A stretch of 64,000 nt of DNA from Blastocladiella emersonii ATCC 22665 (Eukaryota > Fungi > Blastocladiomycota), in assembly GCA_025594325.1 (NCBI GenBank), contig JANHCV010000006.1:1054001-1118000 (forward strand). Direction: 5' to 3'. This document shows positions 21,333 through 30,710 of this stretch, one piece after another. The first letter of the stretch is position 1, and every line of letters starts with the position of its first letter. Below the pieces are notes generated by a model. The model searched no databases, was not told where the DNA came from, and saw only the letters and a program-made list of their open reading frames with translations. The position numbers were made by a program, and so were the translations under genes.

Positions 21333-24248
21333 ATGGCCCCGGGCAGCGCACCGCCCGCGTCGGCGCCGGCACAGAGCCAATGGCGCACGATGTTGCGCTT
21401 CCGCGTCCTGCTGTACAGCCGCAACCGCGCGCTGCTGCTGCTCGGCCTGCTGGTCCCGCTAGCCATGGTCGCCATCGCCATCGGCATGAGCGCGCTGATC
21501 CAGAGCTCGGTCCCGTCCATTGTAAAGGGCGCATCAATCACGGGCGTGCCGCTCTTCTCGCCCGTCGGCGCCGGCTTCGACGCCAACGGCATGATGGCCC
21601 CGCCCGTCCTCGTCGCGGGCGCCGACACCCCGGCCCTGCGCGCCGACCCGCGCTCGTTCGCCGCGCTGCGCGACACGGCCGGCACCTTTCTCAAGACCAC
21701 GGGGCTCCGGGACCGCGTGTACTGGCGCGAGGTCGACGGTGGCCTCGACGCCCTCAACGCCGTCCAGATCGAGATCCTGCGCCGCTACCCCGCGGGCTCG
21801 CTCGACTGGTTCGAGAGCGACCCGACCAAGTTCCAGCCGCTCGCCGGCTTCATGCTCCACAGCCCGGCCACCGCGCCCGACGTCAACTTGTCGCTCGTCA
21901 TCAACCAGGACCCCGGAATGGGCCGCGCCCTCATCCGTACGCCCACCGTCATGCTCAACGCGCTCCACCACGCGCTGCAGGGAGTCGTCGCTTCGGCGCC
22001 CGACGCGGCTTTGATCGGCGGCGCGGGCCAGGACCCGTCCGGCGCCACGGCCGTCCAGGGCGCGCCCTCGGGCCAGGCCGCGCAGCAGGTCATTGACAAG
22101 GTCATGTCGCTCCTCGCCAACGCCACCGCGTCGCCATCCGCGCCCGCCCTGCCGCCGTGGTTCCTCATGCTCAACGGGACCGTCAGCACCTTCCCCGCGC
22201 TCCAGTCGGACGTGATCGACATTTCCATCTCGATCGTCCCGCCTTTTGCCGCCTACGCGCTGTACGCTCACCCGGACTGTCTCTCGCGTCAGCGGAGGAC
22301 TAACCCCTCGCCCAACCGCGTGTGTAGCACTTTCATGATGACCCTCTTCACCGAGCAGCTCGTGCGCGAGCGCCTCGAGGGCCAGTTCGACTACCTCGTC
22401 ACCAACACGCTCGCCCCGACCACCTACTTCTCGACCTTCTGCTTCATCGCCTACGGTTTCCAGCTCCTGCCCTCGCTGACCCTGATCGTGGCCCTGTGCG
22501 CCACGTCCAAGTGGTTCGTCGCCGCCAACGTGCCCGCGCTGATCCTCATGATCCTCGTCTTCAACGTCGTGATCATCGAGATGGCGGTCCTGTTTAGCTT
22601 CCGCTTCCGGTCGCGCGAGGGCGTCGGTCCGACCATCGGGTTCGGCGCTGCCCTGTCGGTCTTCCTGCCCTACTTCATCTTCGAGTTCGCCGTCAAGGCC
22701 GAGCCCAGCACCCTCGCCCTCGTCCTGATCTCGGTCGTGCTCCCGCCGTTCGGCTTCTACCGCACGCTCGCCTCGGTCGCCGTCGCGTACGCGCAGGACC
22801 GCGCCACCTGGGCGCTCTCCTTCTCGGCGCCGCTGCTCCCCGTCCTCCTCGTCTTCATCGCCCAGTCCGTGCTCGGCGCCGTCTTCATCTCGCGCCTCGC
22901 CAACCGCGTCGAGACCGTGGCCGCGACGACCGCCGCCAACGCAGCCTCGGCGCGCGGCGGCTTCCTGGGGATGTTCTGCGGCCGCCGCACCCCGCGCACC
23001 GAGCACGCCATCGATACCGAGTCTGGCGCCGCGACGGCCGCGCACCCGAACGCGGCGATCCCGCTCGACCCAGTGCTCCTGGCCATCAAGGCGCGGCTGC
23101 ACGCGCCGCCCGTCGCGGGGACCGCCGACGACGACGACGTGGTGCGCGTGCAGGGTCTCGGCATGGATTTCGGGGCCGTGAACGGGGACGGGCAGCGCGA
23201 GACGCGCACGGTGCTCGACGACCTGTACTTTTCCGTGCCGCGCGGGACCGTGTTCGGGTTCCTGTCGCCCAACTCGGGCGGCAAGACGGTCACGCAGAAC
23301 ATTCTCAGCGGGCTGCTGCGGCCGACGCGCGGCAACGCGTACATTGGTGGGCGCAGCGTGGTCCCGTTCGACCCCAAGATCAAGCGGTTGCTTGGTGTGT
23401 GCCCGCAGTTCGACAAGGTGTTCCGCGAGCTCACGGTCCGCGAGCACCTCGAGGTGTTTGCGGACATCAAGGGGATCGCGCCGCACGAGGCCGAGGTCGC
23501 CGTCGAGCTTGCGATCGCCGATATGCAGCTCGCGCCAGTGCAGCACGTCCGGTCCAAGGAGCTCAGCGGCGGGAACCGGCGCCGGCTCTCGATCGCCATT
23601 GCGTGTCTTGGTCGACCGCTCGCGCTATTGCTCGACGAGCCGACGCATTCGGTCGATACCTCGACGAAGCGCGCGATCTGGCAGTCCATCCGCGAGCTCA
23701 AGAAGCACACGACCATTATCCTCGCCAGCCACGACATGGCCGAGTGCGACTTCCTCGCCGACAACGTGGGCGTCATGATCAACGGCTCGCTCGTGTGCTA
23801 CGGCGCGCCGCAGCGCCTCAAGTCTCTGTACGGCGCCTCGTACAAGGTGTCGCTGCGCGTCGCCAATGCGGCCAAGACGGCCGAGGTGACCGCGGCCATG
23901 GCCGCCGCGTTCCCCGCGCCCGGCACCGTCCGCGTCACGCAGAACCTCGGCCGGTCCCTCGAACTCGAGATCGACCTCGCCAAGGCCAGCGGCAACGCCG
24001 ACGCCGCCATGCACACAACCAAGCTGCCCGACGGCCGCGTCGTCCTGTCCGAGGCGGGCGTCGACGCGCGCAACCGTGGTGTCGCCACGTTTCTAGCGAG
24101 GATCTTTGACCTGTTCCGCGCGAACCGCGCGGCGTGGACCGTCGTCGACTGGTCCGTCGGGCAGTCGACGCTCGCCGAGGTGTTTGTGCTCCTCGCGCGC
24201 CACCACCGTGCGAATATCGAGGAGGAGAAGCAGGTTGGGTCGGTTTGA
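21333..24248 (+). CDS. Half-size ABCA-subfamily transporter (TMD-NBD), ~949 aa
   Basis: In-frame 66-nt intron 22262-22327 (GTACGC...CTAAC...TAG); VRERLEGQ, TM helices, Walker A variant FLSPNSGGKT, CPQFD, LSGGNRRRL, LLLDEPT, LKSLYGASY. Confidence 0.92.
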   Translation: MAPGSAPPASAPAQSQWRTMLRFRVLLYSRNRALLLLGLLVPLAMVAIAIGMSALIQSSVPSIVKGASITGVPLFSPVGAGFDANGMMAPPVLVAGADTPALRADPRSFAALRDTAGTFLKTTGLRDRVYWREVDGGLDALNAVQIEILRRYPAGSLDWFESDPTKFQPLAGFMLHSPATAPDVNLSLVINQDPGMGRALIRTPTVMLNALHHALQGVVASAPDAALIGGAGQDPSGATAVQGAPSGQAAQQVIDKVMSLLANATASPSAPALPPWFLMLNGTVSTFPALQSDVIDISISIVPPFAAYALYAHPDCLSRQRRTNPSPNRVCSTFMMTLFTEQLVRERLEGQFDYLVTNTLAPTTYFSTFCFIAYGFQLLPSLTLIVALCATSKWFVAANVPALILMILVFNVVIIEMAVLFSFRFRSREGVGPTIGFGAALSVFLPYFIFEFAVKAEPSTLALVLISVVLPPFGFYRTLASVAVAYAQDRATWALSFSAPLLPVLLVFIAQSVLGAVFISRLANRVETVAATTAANAASARGGFLGMFCGRRTPRTEHAIDTESGAATAAHPNAAIPLDPVLLAIKARLHAPPVAGTADDDDVVRVQGLGMDFGAVNGDGQRETRTVLDDLYFSVPRGTVFGFLSPNSGGKTVTQNILSGLLRPTRGNAYIGGRSVVPFDPKIKRLLGVCPQFDKVFRELTVREHLEVFADIKGIAPHEAEVAVELAIADMQLAPVQHVRSKELSGGNRRRLSIAIACLGRPLALLLDEPTHSVDTSTKRAIWQSIRELKKHTTIILASHDMAECDFLADNVGVMINGSLVCYGAPQRLKSLYGASYKVSLRVANAAKTAEVTAAMAAAFPAPGTVRVTQNLGRSLELEIDLAKASGNADAAMHTTKLPDGRVVLSEAGVDARNRGVATFLARIFDLFRANRAAWTVVDWSVGQSTLAEVFVLLARHHRANIEEEKQVGSV

Positions 24249-24670
24249 TGGTAGACGTGGCATGGAATGTGATTCCCATTTTTGTGGCTCTGGTGGGCAT
24301 TTCCTGAGAGCAGGATATTTGCCGCGACAAGCAGCTGCGCTGAGTCTGAGCAAGGGAACTATTTAGTCCCCCTGGTCTGAGGGACGCGTCGGGTAAAGGG
24401 GTGGTCCCCACGGGACGGTCGCCGGCTTGAGGTGAGACCGTGAGACATCGCCGGTCGCCGCTCCCGCTCCCGCTCCCTCGCCGAGACACTCCCCATGAAT
24501 CGCCCCTCCCATGCAGCAATGACGACGTAACCGCATGCAACGCCGCCCGACTCTTGCACACTTGCACCTTCTTGCACATTAGCACACATCGCACACACTT
24601 CTCCCTCCCCGCCTCGCACAACTCGCACAACCACCTCTCTTCTTGCACATCCGAGACCAACCAACCAACC

Positions 24671-27600
24671 ATGACATCGTCAGGGCCGCCACGCCCCAAG
24701 GTCAAGTACGGCAAACGGGCGGCGAAGAGCCCGTTGACGGCCTACAAGGCTCAGCAGAAAGCTCTTGCGTCGTCGTCCGAGTTCCGGCGCAAACTCGCCG
24801 AGGATGAGAACCGCCAAGCGCTGCGCTCGCAGCAGCCCATCGAGCCGTCGGGCCGCGCCGGTGCCGCGTTGTCGCAGCGGTGGGCGGACGGCCTCCCCGA
24901 CTCGTCGGCCAGTTCTCTCAATTCTCGGCCTTCCTCGTCCGCCTCCTCGCACCACGAGACTCTCATCAGCGTGCTCTCGGGATCGTCGTTCCAGCCCATG
25001 CTTAAGCTGCCGCAGGCGGCCGTCGTCGTCCCACCGCTCTTCCCGACAGCGGCTCGGAGCGTCGGTGGTTCGAGACGGACGTCTCTCGGGTCCGCCAAGG
25101 CCACGGCGACGCCGAAACGGCGCAATGCCAGCGAAATGCCACCGCCGGAACCCGCGGTAACCAACACGCCGCGGCTGAGACCCGCGTCAAAACTGAGACC
25201 GCCGACCCCGCTCCCCGCTCGGAAACCGCCTGCTGCGCTCGCATCATCCGCTTCCGCTTCACCGGCACCTGCCGCCGCCGCTGCTGCGGTCGTACCGTCC
25301 GCGAACCGCGCTGCGCCTGCGACACCACGCGTCGCGAGCGTCCTCTCTCCAACCCGTCGCATGTCCAACGTCTTCACTCCAATCCGCGCGACCCCTTCGC
25401 AGGCGCCTACGCAAACGTCGCGGGTTTCTGACCCGACGAGGATTCCGCGCGTCGTCGTTCCCGCCACCCCCGCCGCACCGGCCGCGACGCGTGCGACGCC
25501 CATTGCCACGCCGACCAACCTGCCTCCGCCGCGAGCCGCCGCGCCACCCGTCGCCGTCACGCCCGCCGCGCAGCTTGCGCCCGAGTTCACGCACTCGCCG
25601 GATCCGTCGCCCGAGGAGGAGGAGGAGGTAGTGCCGATGCTCGCGCGCTCGCCCATCCTGCTCTCATCGCCGAACGCACCTGCTTCTCACCGATCTCGCG
25701 CATCAAATGCTTCGACGCGGTCGCGGCTTTCGATCTCGCACCTCCCGGAGTCGCCCGCGTCGCCGCCGTCGACTGAAGATGCACCGGTTCCGCAGTCGCC
25801 GCCGGTACGACCTGCCGCCGAACCGCCCGCTGCGCACGAGCCCGTGTCGCTCAACGACGAAATGGACGTGGACTCGGTCATGGCCGTGACTCTGGATCTG
25901 CCCCGCCCGCCATCCCCCGCTCCTGTCCCGATGCCCGCGCCAGCCCCTCCATCGCCGCTGCCGCCCTCGCCTTCCTCGAGGACCAGCGACGCCATGGACG
26001 TGGATGCCGCGGCCACGTCGCCGGCTCGCGCACCGTCCCCACTGCCCGCACGCGCCCCGACGCCCGAGCTCGCGCCCGAGTCGCCGCTGCGACGCTCGCT
26101 GTCCCCGCCGACGCCTGTTCGCGCACCGTCGCTGTTGCCTGTGCGCGAGCAGATGCCCGAACCCGAACCCGAGCCACCGAGCCCGCGCCCGCCGTCCCCG
26201 CCCACCTCCTCCTCCTTCGCCCCGACCTCTCCGCCCGCCGTCGCCGCACTATCGCCCCCTGTCGTATCAGCTACTCCGGCACCCGCATCCCCACCACCCG
26301 CTGTTCCCGTCGCTGTCGAATCGCCTCCACCCGCTGCCCCCATCGCCACCGAGCCGTCGAAACCCGCTGCCCCCTCGCCCGAAGGCAGACTCACCCGTTC
26401 ACGCGTCCGCCGGCGCTCGCCCGACCCGCCGCTCTCGGCCTCCGCGCTCGCCGCGACCAAGCTGGCGCCAGCGACGGACGAGAACCGCCCGCGCGCGCGC
26501 CGCCGCACCCGCATCGTCGTCGAGATCGAGCTGACGCCCAGCCCGATGCGAAACCACCTCCTGTCGCGGCGGTCCGCGCAGACGCCCGCGACGCCGTCGG
26601 GCGGCGCTGGTCCCGCGCCGCTGTCCGCGACCCCGGTTCCCGCCGCTGCGACCAAAAAGTCGTCGCCGGAGCTGGCGGAGGCGACGACGAAGCAACAGCA
26701 GCAGCAGCAGCAGCAGCAGGAGCAACATCGGGTCCCCGTGGTGCGCGTGCCGCCCGCGCTCCCGCCGCCGCCCAGCCTCATCATGTCGCTGCCCGACATC
26801 CTAACGCCCGTGGCTCCGCGTCTTGCGGCAGCGCCCACGGTCGTCGCTGCGCCGGCACCTGCACCTGCACCCGCCGCTTCACGGCGCTCCGCTCGACTGA
26901 CAGCGACCGCACCCGCTGTCGTCGCCGCAGACGCGCGGCCCGCCCCTCGCCGCTCCGCTCGACCCACGACGACCGCGTCAGCGGTCATTGCCGCAGCTAC
27001 GCCCGCAGCTCCAGGCCGACCCGCTGCACCCATCGTGGCCGCGCCCGACGTCGTAACCGCAGACGCAGACGCGCCGGTCCCTCGACGGCGCTCCGCTCGA
27101 CCCGCGGTGACTGCGTCCGCTGTCGTCGCCGCAGTCACTCCGCCAGCAGCTGCGCGTCGCTCCGCCGCACCCACGGTGACCGCGCCCGCCGTCGCGTCTG
27201 CAGACGCACTGCCCGCCCCTCGCCGCTCCGCTCGACCCACGGCGACTGCGTCAGCAGCCGTTGCCGCACCTACGCCGGCTGCACCCGGCGTCGTCACCGC
27301 ACCTGCGCCAGCCGCTCGTCGCTTCACTCGATCCACGGTGGCTGAGCCCGCTGTCGTCGCTGTAGACGCGCCAGCAGCTCCGCGTCGCTCCGCCGCACCC
27401 ACGGCGACCGCACCTGCTGTCGCGGCTGCAGTCACGCCACCAGCAGCTCCGCGGCGCCCAGGCGAGCGCGTCGTCATCGACGTCGACTCGAGCCCCGAGA
27501 CCAGCAGCGACTCGGAGCGCATCGAGCGGCGTCTGTCGCAGGTCACCCTCGGCCGCTCGCGATCTCCGCCGCCGTCGCCGCAGTTCCTCTCCCCGGCCGC

Positions 27601-28884
27601 CCCGCCGCTCCTCGACCACGACGACCCGATCTCGCGCGCGGCCGCCGCGGACCCGTCGCTCGCGACACTCCTGGCGCAGTGCACGAGCCGGTCGCGCACG
27701 TTCGCGGGCCTCTTCGCGGACTCGCAGTGGTCGTTTGTGACGACGCGCGTGGCCAAGATCGGCGAGGCGAGCTACTCCGACGTGTTCCTGGTCGGCGGGA
27801 CCACGGTCGTCAAGGTGATGCCGTTCGCCGTCGCGCACGACCCGTTCGCGCCCGCGCCCGCGCCCGCGCCCAACGAGATCGCGCCGCCAGCCCGTACGCT
27901 GCGCCGGCTCACCCTGCGCCGCACGTCGCGCGCCGCGGGCCCCTCCGCCGTCCCCGCCCCGGCCTCGGATGGCGAGTTTGGCGACGACCGCACCGCGACC
28001 GACCTGGCCGCCGAGATCCGCCTCGCGCTGGCCGCCGGCGCGCTGCCCGGGTTCATCCGCACGACCGCGGTGCACGTCGTGCACGACACGTACCCTCCGC
28101 CCTTCCTCGCGGCGTGGCACGCGTTCCGTTCGACGGACCCGGCCGACGCGCTGAACCCGCCGCCGAGCGCGGCGCCGCGGTGGTACTGCGTGGTGCAGAT
28201 GCCGCACGGCGGGACGTCCGTCGAGCGCGCCCGCCTCCCCGCGCCCGCGCTCCTGCCCGTGCTCCGCCAGGTGGCCGGCGCGCTCGCGCGCGCCGAGCAA
28301 GAGATCGAGTTCGAGCACCGCGACCTGCACTGGGGGAACGTCCTGGTGCGGCACGGCGCGCGGTCGCGGCGGCCCGCAGACGTGGTGGCGACGGTCATCG
28401 ATTTCACGCTATCGCGCGCGACGATCAACGGGGACCGTGTCGCGAGCGTGATCCCGGACGACGTGTTCGACAACACCGACCATCCCGCGGGGTCCGACGA
28501 CGCGGACCAGTTCGACAAGTACCGCGAGATGCGCGCGGCGATCGTCGAGCAGGAGCGCAACGAGGTCGCGGCGGCTGCGGGGAACAAGAAGCCGCGCGGC
28601 CGGCCGCCGATCCGGCCGCGCGACTGGAGCGTGTACTGCCCGAGCACCAACGCTCTGGTACGTGCGCGCTGGTCGTGTGCGTTTAGTGGGAGCGAGACTG
28701 ACGAAGGAACGTCGTGTTCGTGTAGTGGCTCGCGCACTTTGCGCGGCGGTTGTGCAGCAAGGCCAAGGACGGCGACCAGGACGCGCGCGTGGTCGAGCTG
28801 CTCGACGCGCTGGCTGACGACATGGCCGAGTGCGAGTCCGCGGCCGAGGTGGTCCAGGTCATGGCGCAGCACGGCGCGGCGTGA
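24671..28884 (+). CDS. Haspin-family atypical Ser/Thr kinase (histone H3T3 kinase) with very long P/A/S/T-rich N-terminus, ~1381 aa
   Basis: KIGEASYSDVF, FEHRDLHWGNVLV, IDFTLSR, QFDKYREMR, and WSVYCPSTNAL/W across intron 28658-28725 (GTACGT...CTGAC...TAG). Confidence 0.9.
26693..26719 (+). repeat. CAG microsatellite encoding Q9 in haspin
   Basis: CAA(CAG)8. Confidence 0.9.
26880..27460 (+). repeat. Degenerate tandem coding repeat (~20-30 aa unit, RRSARPT.TA.AVVAA..PA.P) in the haspin N-terminus
   Basis: Recurrent CGCCGCTCCGCTCGACC / CGTCGCTCCGCCGCACCCACGG nucleotide blocks; about seven to eight RRS(A)R/RRSAA motifs. Confidence 0.85.
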
Positions 28885-29342
28885 GCGTCTCGCTCGGCCT
28901 CAATATATTTACTTCACTGGTTGTGCAGCACACTCTTGGCTCGGCGGGGAAGTGAGAGTCGACGGTCGCCGAAGCGTGCACGACGCCGGCGTGCAAGCAA
29001 GTCGGCCAACGTGAACTTGGTGACCGCGGCCATGGCCACGGCCAACGACGCCGCAAAGCCCGAGCTCACGGCGATCACCGCTCAAGGCGAAGACGGCCGA
29101 GATGATAAACCATGAGCACTTGGTCAGGAAGTCGGAGAAGCCAAGACGAGTCGTGTAGGTAAATAAAACAGATAGACTTTATACAGCGGCAGGCTATAAC
29201 ACAGCCGCCGGGAGGGGGGTCATACTAGTCAAAAGAGAGGGGAACACCGTCATCATCCATCCAATCCGTCCGTCCACTTGTCCGAGGTACTGATGGGTTG
29301 TTGTTGAGGACGTGGACGCGCGCGCACAGCAGCCGAGCGCAT

Positions 29343-30710
29343 CTAGTACTCGGGACGGTCACGGTCGCCACCGCGGAAGCCGCCGCGGCCGCCACGGAAA
29401 CCGCCACGAGCGCCACCGCGCCCGCCGCGGAAGCCACCGCCCGAGCGGTAGCCGCCGTCGCGGTCGCCGCCGTAGCTGCGGTCGCCACCACGGTCGCCAC
29501 CGCGGAAACCGCCACGACCGCCACCGCGACCACCGCGCGAGCCGCCCTCGCCGCGCTGGGCAGCCTTGTCGACGCGGATCGTGCGGCCGTCGAGCTCGGA
29601 GCCGTTGGTGCCCTCGATGCTATGGGATGGGGAGAGTGGACGAGGGTCAGCGAGTGGTCGTGGACGAGGGGGAGCAAGTGGAGGGAGAGAGAAACGTACG
29701 CAGCGTCGGCCTCCGACTCCTCGGCGAAGGTCACGAAGCCGAAGCCACGGGAGCGGCCTGTTGATCACGAAGGTCGAGTCGCAGTGTTGTAGTTGATGTT
29801 GACCCAGGAGGGGTAGAGCGCACAGACGGACAGACGGTAAGCACGAGCAACGGGCGGAGGGGGCAGCAGGACCTTGGCGACGAGAGCCCGAGTGGAACGA
29901 CAGGACGGGCGAGCGGACGGACGAATCGGATGGACGAGGGACAGCGACGAGGTTCGAGGGACACCAAGTCGTACACAGCGCGCGCGCAGACCCAAGGTAG
30001 GAGTGCGGCGGCATCAGAGTCAAGAAGTTGTTCGAACCCGACCGCGCGCGCACGGGGGCAGCAGCGCGGGCGGGTAAGAGGGAGTATCGGACGAGCACAC
30101 AAACACAAACCAGTCAGTTGCGCCGCCGAGGCCCCGCGAGGAGACCACCGGCGACGGAACGAGAGATGAGGAACGAGCTACGCGGGGAGGCGTCGCCGTC
30201 TCCGAGGCAAGAACGGCGAGCCACACCCCCGCGAATCCAGCATGGCCGGCATCCAGACTGGCCGCGCACCCCGAGAGATACGCGGCGCAGCGGTGCCTGG
30301 GTACAACTCACTGAGTAGCCGAGAGCGCCAGGGGGACGCAATCGGCCGGGTCAAGAGGACACACACCACGGCCCGAGCGCTGCGGCGACGACGCCGAGGG
30401 GCGACGACGGCCGAGGCTCGGGCTGATACACACACACAACAGGCAACCACAGTACGACGAGCGAGCGAGCGAGCAGGCGGACGAGGCGAGGAGAGCAGCA
30501 GGTGGGGGGCACACGGCGGAGCGAGGAGCGCTCGAGGCGAGGACAGGCACGGCAACATCGACGACTACTCCATCAAACAGAAAACATGCCAGTCTCGCGG
30601 TCGTTGATGACAACGGCGTCCTCGATCTTGCCAAACTCCTCGAAGTGGGCCTGGAGGGTGTCGTTGGTGGTGTCGTAGGAGAGACCGCCGATGAAGAGCT
30701 TGACCGACAT
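29343..30710 (-). CDS. Glycine-rich RNA-binding protein (single RRM + RGG tail; CIRBP/RBM3/GRP7-like), 151 aa
   Basis: Exons 30710-30590, 29757-29700 and 29619-29343 give [15 protein letters not shown]...[15 protein letters not shown]...[11 protein letters not shown] + RGG repeats; intron 1 30589-29758 is GC-AG (832 nt), intron 2 29699-29620 is GT-AG. Confidence 0.92.

Noticed and set aside
30020-30060. GTTCGAACC resembling a tRNA T-loop
   Set aside because: No cloverleaf, D-arm or acceptor stem could be built on either strand.
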